A stretch of 64,000 bases of DNA, from sequence record OR493421.1. One strand, 5' to 3'. How positions within the stretch are numbered: the stretch's first letter is position 1; every line of letters starts with the position of its first letter. Made by a program: the position numbers and the translations under genes. Under the pieces are notes generated by a model. That model searched no databases. It saw only the letters and a list, made by a program, of their open reading frames with translations, and was not told the DNA's origin. Of the stretch, positions 29,908 to 39,473 are shown piece by piece.

Positions 29908-31299
29908 TTAGAAAGTCAGAATGGACGGCTGCTGATAACCAGTGTTCACAACCGACTGCTGCATCTGAGGTGTCGCCATCACATACTGCTGCTGCTGAGG
30001 CGCACCCACGTTAGCGTAAGCAATAGGTTGCATATACTGCTGCTGATAATACGGACCGTAACCCTGATACATCCCTTGCTGCTGAGGGACCCCGTTATAT
30101 TCTCGGCTGAGTAAGTTACCGGCACGAGTTATCCGATAGCTTACCTGACCGGCAGTAGACATCGTTGTGTGAATATAGAACGACGTGTTCTGGTCGTAAT
30201 ACCAACCCTGATAAACTTCACCAGGCTGCATGCTGGCTTCTACAACGGAACGGAAACCGTTGTTGCTGTCACCACCGATGTGTTGTTGGGGGTTCTGCTG
30301 CGGCTGATTCTGGTTAATCACCGACTGAGTGTTGATCACCTGGTCGATCAAATGCGATTTACCTGATGAACTATCCGGCACTGTATTCTGGGAGTTATAG
30401 TTCATGGCAGGAACTTGTTTGTAGAATTCGGAGATATTATCCATCTTCTCAAAGAAGCCCACTTCCAACCCATACACTCCAACCTTATCGAACTCAGTAC
30501 GGAACGAGTTCTGCAGAGAGTTGATGGATTCAGCCACGTTGACATACGCCCCAGAGAACGCGCAGAGACGAGCGGCATCCGGATGATGATATTCGAACTC
30601 GTAGAAGTCCGGTGTATCGATTTCCGGGAACACCGCTTTAAAGATACCCACGGCGATCCGGAGCCCGCCCACACTAATCTGACATCCGTTAACATCAACA
30701 GATTGGTTGTCCGGAAGACCTTCACTGCGATTCAGCTTTTTCGCCATTTCCGAATAGAACGGGAAAATAGGTTTAGCTTTATAACAGATCTTTTCCCCGC
30801 CTACTTTGCTACGGCCGCCGCGTGTTGTTTGGAAGTGAATGAAACGATTGTCGACAGTTGCGTTCTCTTCGAGATCGACACGCATTTGTTCAAACAGATT
30901 CATTACTTCTTTACGCGTTGCTTCTTTGACGTCGCGTAACGGATCGATGATATCAACCAGATCACTGCGCAGATTTTTGTTGGAACGTTTTGACGCGATA
31001 TTGAACAGAACCAGGGGGAGCTTTTTAAAGGTATCCAGAAGCTTCATGCCGGTCAGTTTACGAATGACTTTAAAGATCTCTGTTTCGCGGCTGATAATGC
31101 TTTCGCAGGCCGGATGGAAGAAAACTTTATCCATGGTGTTACCATCCAGAACAGTGTCTACCGGGAGATAGACATTCATTCCATCAACCTTAATAGGGTA
31201 CTTCTCTCCATCCAGAACCATAACCAGACTATGATCGGGTTCCATTTTAGCACCCCAAGCTTCCAGCATGGACAGATAAAGTTTGTTCAAGTTATTCAT
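29908..31299 (-). CDS. conserved nucleus-cluster protein (phiKZ gp70-like) with Q/Y-rich tail
   Basis: 463 aa; position between PicA-like and nvRNAP beta genes; low-complexity C-terminus. Confidence 0.6.
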   Translation of the reverse strand: MNNLNKLYLSMLEAWGAKMEPDHSLVMVLDGEKYPIKVDGMNVYLPVDTVLDGNTMDKVFFHPACESIISRETEIFKVIRKLTGMKLLDTFKKLPLVLFNIASKRSNKNLRSDLVDIIDPLRDVKEATRKEVMNLFEQMRVDLEENATVDNRFIHFQTTRGGRSKVGGEKICYKAKPIFPFYSEMAKKLNRSEGLPDNQSVDVNGCQISVGGLRIAVGIFKAVFPEIDTPDFYEFEYHHPDAARLCAFSGAYVNVAESINSLQNSFRTEFDKVGVYGLEVGFFEKMDNISEFYKQVPAMNYNSQNTVPDSSSGKSHLIDQVINTQSVINQNQPQQNPQQHIGGDSNNGFRSVVEASMQPGEVYQGWYYDQNTSFYIHTTMSTAGQVSYRITRAGNLLSREYNGVPQQQGMYQGYGPYYQQQYMQPIAYANVGAPQQQQYVMATPQMQQSVVNTGYQQPSILTF

Positions 31300-31314
31300 T
31301 ATTAAACGTTCCTA

Positions 31315-32787
31315 TTAAAAGTTAAAATAGTCTTTCAGGTTACGGAAGAAAGTTGTGCCGGTATTAACCGCGGATTCCATAGACGCCAGAGTCAGGTCAG
31401 TACGGTTAGTCGAGAAGGTCGGGAAAGCGATACGGCGTTTGTTACTTTCATCACCATTAGTGAAGATCTCGATAACGGTTTCGCCGAAGAGACGCATCGT
31501 CATACGGAAGCTGATCAAAGTACGGTCGTGCAGATACGGAGTAGCGTACTTCAAGAAGAAATGGCTCAAGAAGAGCTCTTTTGCTTTCTCGACACGTTCC
31601 TCCAAAGAACCTTCCAGTCCGTCAACCAGCAGACCACATTCGCCTACAACGAAACCTACCGGCATTCCATTGACGTTATCGACGGAATTCTGGACATTGT
31701 TAGTTGCCGCGATGTCCAGGTAACCCAACTCTGATTCAACGAGAATGTACTGCGCCAGGCTACTCAACTCATTACCGATGATTTCGTTATAGTTAGACGA
31801 ACCCAACTCATTCGTCGTCAAGCGATGATCTTCTATCTGGAAACGATCTCCGTCACACGCATTGATATCCATAACGTCAGGAAGATTCTCAAAGACGTAT
31901 GCAATCTGACCCACGGAGAAACCTTGGAATCCTTGCATCTGACCCATACCTAACGCATGACGCATGGTTTTAAAGAACGGGTCTCGATGCAGGGCCGTCT
32001 CGCTCAGACCAGGGTCCATGCACGCATCACCCATGGATCCATACGGATCACGAGAAGTCTCCATAGAGGACCCGGCTCGTAAACTCGACTTGAGCAATTG
32101 TTTCGCATATTCCCCCGGAGATTGGTTTTTGGCTTTAGAGTAAGCAGCGCCAGTATGCTGAAGGATGGAGTTACTGGTTCCGACATACTGGGATTCCATC
32201 CCGCCATTCATCGATTGGTCCTGGACGTCATCAGCAACCATACCTGAGGCACCGTCAACAATATCCAGAGGACGAATAGCGAACGAGCCACCTGAAGCCA
32301 TCGGGTTGTTTAAAAGGACCTGAGACGCACTTGTCAAATTACTTGTGGACTTCATCAGACCGGTATGCATCATTTGCATGGTTTTGTTAACCACCCAATT
32401 ACGCACCGGCACAAACATAACGTCTTCTGGAATGCCTTCATCAATAGACGGACTGCCGCCGGCCAGATAACCGAGGATATGAAGTTTTTCTTCGACGTTC
32501 ATTGCTGATTCAATTTCGAATTCAAGCATCGCCAGACCACGACGGGGTGCATCCCAGCCATCTTCGATAAACGCGTAACCGTCGGCTTGAGTGGACACTC
32601 CACCTGTCCGCACGCCGATTTCGTGCAATGTGTTCTGACTGACCCGACCATTAATTTTTGAAACGTTGAGCAGATCGACATCTTGGGAGTTGATGCTCAT
32701 GCTCTGTGTTCTGTTTACCTGATTTTGATAGATGTTTGCCAAACCAAAACGCGCACGGACCAGATAGATTTTGCCTTCAGTAGACAT
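31315..32787 (-). CDS. picA: probable nuclear import factor PicA/Imp1 (phiKZ gp69-like)
   Basis: 490 aa directly downstream of the gp68-like gene, matching the recalled ChmC-gp68-PicA-gp70-beta order; synteny only. Confidence 0.55.
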   Translation of the reverse strand: MSTEGKIYLVRARFGLANIYQNQVNRTQSMSINSQDVDLLNVSKINGRVSQNTLHEIGVRTGGVSTQADGYAFIEDGWDAPRRGLAMLEFEIESAMNVEEKLHILGYLAGGSPSIDEGIPEDVMFVPVRNWVVNKTMQMMHTGLMKSTSNLTSASQVLLNNPMASGGSFAIRPLDIVDGASGMVADDVQDQSMNGGMESQYVGTSNSILQHTGAAYSKAKNQSPGEYAKQLLKSSLRAGSSMETSRDPYGSMGDACMDPGLSETALHRDPFFKTMRHALGMGQMQGFQGFSVGQIAYVFENLPDVMDINACDGDRFQIEDHRLTTNELGSSNYNEIIGNELSSLAQYILVESELGYLDIAATNNVQNSVDNVNGMPVGFVVGECGLLVDGLEGSLEERVEKAKELFLSHFFLKYATPYLHDRTLISFRMTMRLFGETVIEIFTNGDESNKRRIAFPTFSTNRTDLTLASMESAVNTGTTFFRNLKDYFNF

Positions 32788-32820
32788 GATGATTATTCCT
32801 AAAAAGATTAATGGGGGATG

Positions 32821-34407
32821 TTAACTGTTGATTTCTTCATAAAGACGAATGAACTCTTCTTTAATCTGAATATCCAAATTGACTTCGTATAAAAAACCAC
32901 GTGGTGCACTTTCTAAAGCTTTATCGTCATCGATAAGACCAAGCTCTATGGTTGACTGCCATGCACTGTTACCGAGTTCCTTAAAGAACTCTAGTGCCGC
33001 TGATACTGCTTCGTTATTAGTTGATGTGGCCCCGTCTCCTTTAACTACATCACATAACGATTCGATACGTTGACGTTCTGTTTGGTTTAAAGAGAAGATT
33101 ACGTCTGCGTTGATTCGCTCACCTTCAGGATCCTCAACTGACGTTAACAATACCGCGAGGTGAGGATATCCCATTTGATGCAACTTTAACTGAGCCAAAA
33201 CAATGGCCGACATCAATTGATGATAATCCAACGCATAATAAATGTTAAAGGGAATGTCGTCAGAGAAAGCCATCTGACACAATTTAACGATATGCTGTCT
33301 CGGTTCATAATCCCAGTTATCCGGCAGAAGATCATGTAGAATTTCTGCTTTGTTAGGATCAGCTATGTTCAAACCGTTACACTGATGTACGAATCGATCT
33401 TTATAAATCGGATTGTCATCTTCATCAAACATACCGAAAGTAAAGAACTCGGCCACAGCCGCTTCATCGGTTGCGTTCACTTCTTCTCGTAACTGATAGA
33501 TCTCGTAAGAACTCCTTCTATCGTTACTCTCGTCTTTACCCCCTCCTTTCTTTTCCCTTACACTACTAGGAACTTTGTCGGATTGGTTGACGATGGAATA
33601 AAGCGATTTAACCAAATTCTTTCGTGGATCTTTGCTGGGCACGTGACTTAAACATAAACGCCCGAACAACGCCTTATAGACGACATGAGTAGTGAACCGA
33701 TCGTCACTGACGATATCTATTCTCAGCCCATTAGGTCCCCTTCCCTTCGCACTATAAGTAAAAGAGATATACTCGTTTAAACGATTCCAGCCGACGTGTT
33801 GCTTGACCCACTCAATATCGTTTATCAGATCCCCAGCTACGACTTCCTTATATGCTTTACCAGCGATGCTCTCGACTTTATAAATCATCTCGGTGATGAT
33901 GGGGAGTGGGCCGCGTAAACCTAAAACCAACGCCGCCAGATTACGATAATCTTCGGCGGTGATAGTTGTCTCGGCCGGATACTCTCCAAGACCAGACATC
34001 GAGGTAAGATCTTTAGGTGGATCAATATACCCGGACTGTTCCATGAAGTACTCGTAGTTCTTCATTTTCAACACATCGAAGATTTCAGCGACGATGGGCT
34101 TGAGTTTCTTAACGAGGAAATTATAATCCCGGTTGTTCAACATCAGTTCTTCGTCGACGTTATCAATGTCGAAATAAGAAGGATCCAAAATGGTCTTACC
34201 CGCAACCATCAGTTCCCATAAACGGGCCTTATTCTTTTCTTCTAAATGCCCGACGTATTCGTTAAAAGAAAAGAAAAGATCATCGTAAATCGTACCACAA
34301 TTTAATCTGCCACTGCCTTTGAACTCGATAATGCTTTCGCCATATTGCGCAATAACTCCAGCAAATGGACTTTTCCCACTCTGTTTTAAACTGAGTTTAA
34401 ATTCCAC
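32821..34407 (-). CDS. probable nvRNAP promoter-specificity subunit (phiKZ gp68-like)
   Basis: 528 aa, helical, position in conserved nvRNAP block; synteny-based. Confidence 0.6.
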   Translation of the reverse strand: MEFKLSLKQSGKSPFAGVIAQYGESIIEFKGSGRLNCGTIYDDLFFSFNEYVGHLEEKNKARLWELMVAGKTILDPSYFDIDNVDEELMLNNRDYNFLVKKLKPIVAEIFDVLKMKNYEYFMEQSGYIDPPKDLTSMSGLGEYPAETTITAEDYRNLAALVLGLRGPLPIITEMIYKVESIAGKAYKEVVAGDLINDIEWVKQHVGWNRLNEYISFTYSAKGRGPNGLRIDIVSDDRFTTHVVYKALFGRLCLSHVPSKDPRKNLVKSLYSIVNQSDKVPSSVREKKGGGKDESNDRRSSYEIYQLREEVNATDEAAVAEFFTFGMFDEDDNPIYKDRFVHQCNGLNIADPNKAEILHDLLPDNWDYEPRQHIVKLCQMAFSDDIPFNIYYALDYHQLMSAIVLAQLKLHQMGYPHLAVLLTSVEDPEGERINADVIFSLNQTERQRIESLCDVVKGDGATSTNNEAVSAALEFFKELGNSAWQSTIELGLIDDDKALESAPRGFLYEVNLDIQIKEEFIRLYEEINS

Positions 34408-34450
34408 GTTATTACTCCCAATAATTTTTATAGCCGGGGTTTACCAGTAA

Positions 34451-34467
34451 ATAATATAGTGCTAAAA
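34451..34467 (-). promoter_or_regulatory. phage promoter motif upstream of gp68-like gene
   Basis: minus strand TTTTAG-CACTAT-ATTAT; contains TATATTA resembling phiKZ early promoter TATATTAC. Confidence 0.6.
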
Positions 34468-34486
34468 AATTATAACGAAAAGTAAT

Positions 34487-34510
34487 CTCCTACTCCCTAG
34501 GGAGTAGGAG
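34487..34510 (-). terminator. terminator hairpin after chmC-like gene
   Basis: CTCCTACTCCC-TA-GGGAGTAGGAG. Confidence 0.7.
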
Positions 34511-34525
34511 AGAATATCTTTGTTT

Positions 34526-35269
34526 TTAGAACGGAATGTCTTCCGCGAAGTCATCGGCCGGTGCGTTGCCACCACCGCCCCAGCTGTTACCGCCGCCATT
34601 ACCGCGGTTGCCACCGTTATTGTTGTTCCAGCCACCGCCGCCGCCGTTACCACCATTTTTCGGTTTAGGCGGTTGGTAGCGAGAGAACTCAGCAGCGTTC
34701 AGCCAGCCTTCCACGGCCGAAAGATAACCGAGGACATACAGACGACTCATGCGAGCGTGAGCCGGTTTGAATTCGCCGTCGACAAAATCGACCAGAGTGG
34801 ATTCGCGGGCATTGTCGAAAACGAACAGAGCTTTGAAATCAGACTTGCTGAATCCGAGCTGAACAACACCGTTCGAATCGCGGATGACGGTAAACACACC
34901 GATGGTCATCGGGTTGTCGGACATCTTAGCCTGACCACCTTCACGAATGAATTGGCGATCACGAACAGTGTATTGGGATTTGGTGAAATTGGGATCGGTC
35001 GCTGCTTCTCTCAGAAGCTGGAAGATGGCATTGCGCTCGAACGCGATCATTTCAATTTCTTTTTTCTTGTACGCGTTATCGCCGCCGCCGAACACACCGT
35101 CTTGTACTTTGAAAACGACCTTACCAGCGGCGGTCAGTTCCCAGTACGCTTGCGCAGGGTATTTGCCGCCCGGAAGAGGTTCTTTGGTTTTAGGGTGCGG
35201 GTAACGATAATCGTTCAGTGGAGTTTTGGGACGGGAGTTACCATTGTTACCGTTGTTGAAATCACTCAT
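34526..35269 (-). CDS. chmC: probable nucleic-acid-binding protein ChmC (Whirly-like) with G/N-rich tail
   Basis: 247 aa, beta-rich core, GGNGGGGGWNNNNGG tail ending DDFAEDIPF, directly upstream of gp68-like gene; highly biased codons. Confidence 0.6.
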   Translation of the reverse strand: MSDFNNGNNGNSRPKTPLNDYRYPHPKTKEPLPGGKYPAQAYWELTAAGKVVFKVQDGVFGGGDNAYKKKEIEMIAFERNAIFQLLREAATDPNFTKSQYTVRDRQFIREGGQAKMSDNPMTIGVFTVIRDSNGVVQLGFSKSDFKALFVFDNARESTLVDFVDGEFKPAHARMSRLYVLGYLSAVEGWLNAAEFSRYQPPKPKNGGNGGGGGWNNNNGGNRGNGGGNSWGGGGNAPADDFAEDIPF

Positions 35270-35309
35270 GACGTAAATCCTTTGAAATTGGGTTTGTGCT
35301 AATATAAAG

Positions 35310-36110
35310 CTACCCGCCGTTTAAAAGTATTAATAACCCATCTCGGTCAAATCCTTTAGCGTGAACATTGATACTAGATCTCACTGCGTCCAGAGTCGTT
35401 ACCGAGGTCCATTTACCTTTAATAGCGATATCTTTTATTAGGTCTTTAAGTTTATGACTTTTTTCCGATTTAAAGTTAACCGGTCCATCCCCGAATATCT
35501 GAATGGTTAATTTGTTTAGGGGAATGTTAAACAGTTTTTCCCCACCGGAAAATTTTGTGTACCACTGAGAATGTCCTTTCAAAGTCCCAGTATAGGATTC
35601 GATTAAACGCAACCTTGTTCCACTTCCTGTCATTACAAGATCAATGGGGTGATGCGTTAAAATCAAACCATTCCCTATAAATTCAGGAAGGTTGACGTCC
35701 GTTTCCTTAATATTAGCCCCGAACCGTTTTTTTAAATTATTCAGTACGGCGGTATCAAGTCTATCTTTTTCTTTCTGGATATCCGTTGTCGGTTCCCAGA
35801 GATTCGCCCTTTTAAAAATCTTAGGGAGCGATCTGTAAGAAGGAAGATAAACGATAAGATTGATCGTTTTTTGTCCCATCCATCCCTGAACGGTTTTAAT
35901 AAGACCTATCAAATCATCGCTTGCCGCTGCTGTAAGAAGATCGACATCCTTTCCGTCGGTATCATCTTTATCGTAAGCCTCCCTGGCATTACGTGCTATC
36001 GTCCGTAGATTGATAAGTAAGGAGTCCGATTGGAGCAACTGTATTTTAGCCGCCCCTTCGAATGCTAAAGACGTCCCTACCGAGATATTTAACGCCCCTA
36101 ACGCCCTCAT
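35310..36110 (-). CDS. hypothetical protein, possibly PIN/FEN-like nuclease fold
   Basis: 266 aa; LLINLRTIARN strand-helix start, IVYLP, LILTHHPIDL; coupled to sbcD; fold is inference. Confidence 0.45.
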   Translation of the reverse strand: MRALGALNISVGTSLAFEGAAKIQLLQSDSLLINLRTIARNAREAYDKDDTDGKDVDLLTAAASDDLIGLIKTVQGWMGQKTINLIVYLPSYRSLPKIFKRANLWEPTTDIQKEKDRLDTAVLNNLKKRFGANIKETDVNLPEFIGNGLILTHHPIDLVMTGSGTRLRLIESYTGTLKGHSQWYTKFSGGEKLFNIPLNKLTIQIFGDGPVNFKSEKSHKLKDLIKDIAIKGKWTSVTTLDAVRSSINVHAKGFDRDGLLILLNGG

Positions 36111-37249
36111 TAGATAAACTCCTCCATTGTTTTTGTTAGGGAATCTAACTCTTCATCCACTAACAAAATCTTCTTATTCAAATAGCCCATTAGAGAAGGG
36201 ATGATGTTATCTTTCGTTAACGTTATGCCGGAATAAAGATCTTCAGTATAAAGCTCATCGTCAATTACTGCTTCATGAGTAACGACGTTTTCTTTCTTAA
36301 AGTCATACTGAGGATACTGTTGTTTGAAGAACTGAATGATCGGATTAACGACGAGAGGATTCCCTCCTCTAATCCAAAAATGACTGGCTTTGGGATATCG
36401 CTTATCCATTAGGAACCCAAGCTTATCATTTAGTTCTTCTGTTGTTGTTTCAGGCGTAATTCTCAGGGTGATATAAGGCAGCGCCTTTTTATTCTCATAA
36501 AAGGTGGCGGTGCACTTCTTATCTTCTGGGAAGTAATCAACGATATATCCGCCCTTAGGATGCTCCTCCGAATGACCTGTTCTATCGAAGGATCCTGAAC
36601 ATCTGATCGGCCCACATTCTGAAGGTTTGTGGATGTGCCCGGCAAAGATATAATAGTTAACAATGGTTGACCACAATTTTTCATCGTGACTGTGTTTACT
36701 GAAACGTTCGTCTAACTGGTATTTAAACGATCCGTGGAAAAAGATAAAATCTACTTTCTCCAGGTTATGTTTAGTTAGAAGATCGATGACCTCATCCCAA
36801 ATAACCTCGGGCTTCTTACCCCCCATGTTATCCGGAACGTAAAGCACGGTCATATCCAGTTTTTCAATGCGTTCAATACTCAGCTCTTTAACCCATTTTA
36901 AATCAAGGTTATCCGGGCTCAATATTTGGAATATTTCCGGTTGTTCCCAGTCGTGAGAACTCGTCCCTTCCAGCACTCTCACCACAACGTTATTTTCAGC
37001 ACACCGGATTAAAAATTTATTAATCCAATATTCACATAAACGCATCGAGCTGTTAGAAGCATCGACTAGCTTATGAAAAAAATCACCGCCAAAAACAACG
37101 ATGTCTGTTTCTGCCAGGGAGTTGTACTTATAAAAGAATTCCCCCAGGTTACTTAAGATGTGAACTGTGGGGGTGCCTTCATGAAGTGTGTGATGATCAC
37201 TTGACCACAACATCCTAATTTTCTTGGGGGAATTAATCATGCTTAACAC
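36110..37249 (-). CDS. sbcD: SbcD/Mre11-family metallophosphoesterase nuclease
   Basis: SDHH, GGDFF, GTSSHD, FFHG, AGHIH motifs. Confidence 0.88.
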   Translation of the reverse strand: MLSMINSPKKIRMLWSSDHHTLHEGTPTVHILSNLGEFFYKYNSLAETDIVVFGGDFFHKLVDASNSSMRLCEYWINKFLIRCAENNVVVRVLEGTSSHDWEQPEIFQILSPDNLDLKWVKELSIERIEKLDMTVLYVPDNMGGKKPEVIWDEVIDLLTKHNLEKVDFIFFHGSFKYQLDERFSKHSHDEKLWSTIVNYYIFAGHIHKPSECGPIRCSGSFDRTGHSEEHPKGGYIVDYFPEDKKCTATFYENKKALPYITLRITPETTTEELNDKLGFLMDKRYPKASHFWIRGGNPLVVNPIIQFFKQQYPQYDFKKENVVTHEAVIDDELYTEDLYSGITLTKDNIIPSLMGYLNKKILLVDEELDSLTKTMEEFI

Positions 37250-38004
37250 TCAAATGGGTTGATCTCTGTAAATTGATCTTCCTGTTTATTTTTACTGTCA
37301 GGTTTACATTGATCAGGGACGATTGCTGTATTTTGCGTGATCGCCATTAAGAAGTCGTACTGCTGTTGTTTTAACACTTTGCCTTCGTCAATGACTCTGA
37401 AACAAGCTTCTAGAACTTTCCAGCTCTCATCATTGGTATCCAACCCAAAGGTATTTTTACAATGCATCATCTTTTTAAATACTCGAGGATTGATCGAGTA
37501 TTTTTCATAGATGAAGGGTGGGACGAGATCGGTTATGGTGTATTCGCCAGACTGCAGACCTTTTTGGATAATGGACAGACCCTGTAAAAGTATTTCGGTA
37601 CTTCTGCTGGTCGATCCGCCGAATTGCGCGCCATAAGCATTGCTCATCACGCCAGCAGCTACCTGAAGAACTTCCATTTCCTGAGCTGTCATTTTCGTAT
37701 CGGTCAGAGGAGGAACAACAAAGATAGGTTTATTTTCGTCTTCGTTATCATGGACGATAACAGCCGAGCGTCCTTCGTTACTAATTTCCATCCACCGTGC
37801 AAAATCAAAATAAGACTTCTCACCGACATAACCTAACGAGAATCCGAGAAGCCAATCTCTGACGAAGGTCGCCTCTGAAATAGAAGTGGCGACGTTCACC
37901 AGTTCGCCGTTCATTTCCAGGTAGCGTTTACCATTGATAACTTTAGGGACACCGCCCTCTAAGAATTTAAGCGCGTAGTGTTCGGATGGCATTTTGTCGG
38001 ACAT
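37243..38004 (-). CDS. hypothetical protein
   Basis: 253-aa ORF, coupled. Confidence 0.65.
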   Translation of the reverse strand: MSDKMPSEHYALKFLEGGVPKVINGKRYLEMNGELVNVATSISEATFVRDWLLGFSLGYVGEKSYFDFARWMEISNEGRSAVIVHDNEDENKPIFVVPPLTDTKMTAQEMEVLQVAAGVMSNAYGAQFGGSTSRSTEILLQGLSIIQKGLQSGEYTITDLVPPFIYEKYSINPRVFKKMMHCKNTFGLDTNDESWKVLEACFRVIDEGKVLKQQQYDFLMAITQNTAIVPDQCKPDSKNKQEDQFTEINPFEC

Positions 38005-38006
38005 TG

Positions 38007-38414
38007 TTAGTTACCTCTCGGAAGAAGAGTATAAGAAGCGCCGGATACGATAACGGCATTTTGAAGGTCATAAGGGACGCCTTCGTGTGTCACCCTAAGC
38101 GCCATGACCAGTGTAAAGTTTTCTGTTTCACCCGGCATATCGGAATCGGACACTTGAACTTCTACAGTACTGAAAATCTGCTGGAAGTAAGTCCTGAGTG
38201 AGCTTTCGACATTACTGACCAAAGCGCTCCGATTACCTTGGTAGGTCATCAGAAGATATTCAAAGGAATCGACCTCGCCTATTAACTTATTTTGATCGCG
38301 TCTGGATGCAAACCAATAAGTGAGATGTCTGTCCATAGCGAGTTTAACGTCATCAGCTATAAAGCCCAACGTCGACATTGTTGCAACGCAAAATCCGGTC
38401 ATCATGAACCTCAT
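38007..38414 (-). CDS. possible T4 gp25-like baseplate wedge/sheath initiator
   Basis: Size (about 126-135 aa), two helices then beta strands; inference. Confidence 0.45.
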   Translation of the reverse strand: MRFMMTGFCVATMSTLGFIADDVKLAMDRHLTYWFASRRDQNKLIGEVDSFEYLLMTYQGNRSALVSNVESSLRTYFQQIFSTVEVQVSDSDMPGETENFTLVMALRVTHEGVPYDLQNAVIVSGASYTLLPRGN

Positions 38415-38438
38415 GAAAAAAAAATAATCGCGGTTAGG

Positions 38439-38460
38439 CTCCCCTCCTTTCGGAGGGGAG
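38439..38460 (-). terminator. terminator with GAAA tetraloop
   Basis: minus CTCCCCTCC-GAAA-GGAGGGGAG then TTATTTTTTT. Confidence 0.75.
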
Positions 38461-38470
38461 TAACAATAAA

Positions 38471-38596
38471 TTAACGTTTGTTACGGACAGCCATTTCTTT
38501 ACGCACCGGGAAGATTTCTTCCACGGCATCTTTGGTGAGCACGTAAACTACTGCGGTGATAATAACAACGATGGCGATAGAGGCGATGATTGACAT
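38471..38596 (-). CDS. 41-aa single-pass membrane protein (MSIIASIAIVVIITAVVYVLTKDAVEEIFPVRKEMAVRNKR)
   Basis: Read by hand: AAGGA RBS, ATG 38596, TAA 38471, followed by terminator; below ORF-track cutoff. Confidence 0.7.
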   Translation of the reverse strand: MSIIASIAIVVIITAVVYVLTKDAVEEIFPVRKEMAVRNKR

Positions 38597-38673
38597 AATA
38601 GATTCCTTATAAATAAAATATTCATTTGTTTATACACCATGATGATATCGATGTATAATTATCTGCATGTCAA

Positions 38674-39036
38674 TTATTCTTCCCTAGGCCTGAGCCCATA
38701 AAAGGGAACGAATATCTTACGATTAAACACACTACCTTCTAAAACCGACCGACAAGCTTCAGCCAAGGTTTTCTTATCCGCTGATTTAGAAGCGACAGAC
38801 GAAATAAAATACTCGCTGATATCGGTTAGGAAATCTTTATCCGAGATTGACCCTCGAACGTTTAAACGAGCACGGTCGACTAAATCTTTTAAGTAGATGT
38901 GGAATTCCTTATATCCACCAGAAGGGATCCTGGTTTTAATGATCACGGAGGAAGTTTCCTCCGGACCATCATTGAGATTAAACACAACAACAAAAGGCCA
39001 TTTGATCTTCGCTGTATAATCCCGTGCGCTTTCCAT
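38674..39036 (-). CDS. hypothetical protein
   Basis: 120-aa ORF, TAATG coupling. Confidence 0.6.
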   Translation of the reverse strand: MESARDYTAKIKWPFVVVFNLNDGPEETSSVIIKTRIPSGGYKEFHIYLKDLVDRARLNVRGSISDKDFLTDISEYFISSVASKSADKKTLAEACRSVLEGSVFNRKIFVPFYGLRPREE

Positions 39037-39473
39037 TATTTGACCACCACGTCAAGTTTATTGATGAAGGTCCAGTTGCGGTTATTCGTGGCCACTCTCG
39101 GAATAAACTTAAAAATAGGTGTTTTATATTTTTTAGTGGAGATCCATTCCCGGCCCTTATCCTTATGCGGACCGGTGGGGGTTACTCGTCCCATCAGGTT
39201 TCCGTGTTCGTCAAAAGACATATCAGTTACGATAAAGATCAGATTGGATGGATCCAGTGGTTTGCCGTCTTCCGATTCGCCTAACTCGGCTAAAAGGAAT
39301 TCGGTATTCCGAACAGCATTCTTCAAATTACCGATTTCTTCGGAACTGATGATTTGCATAAAAACACTATGCATGGGTTTGGTTTGTTCGCTATTCATAA
39401 GTTTACTCTCGATGTTAAATGGGGGAGTTTCCTCCCCCAAAAAATGTTTATGTTTCCTCTTCGTTATCCTCAT
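39036..39473 (-). CDS. hypothetical protein
   Basis: 145-aa ORF. Confidence 0.55.
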   Translation of the reverse strand: MRITKRKHKHFLGEETPPFNIESKLMNSEQTKPMHSVFMQIISSEEIGNLKNAVRNTEFLLAELGESEDGKPLDPSNLIFIVTDMSFDEHGNLMGRVTPTGPHKDKGREWISTKKYKTPIFKFIPRVATNNRNWTFINKLDVVVK

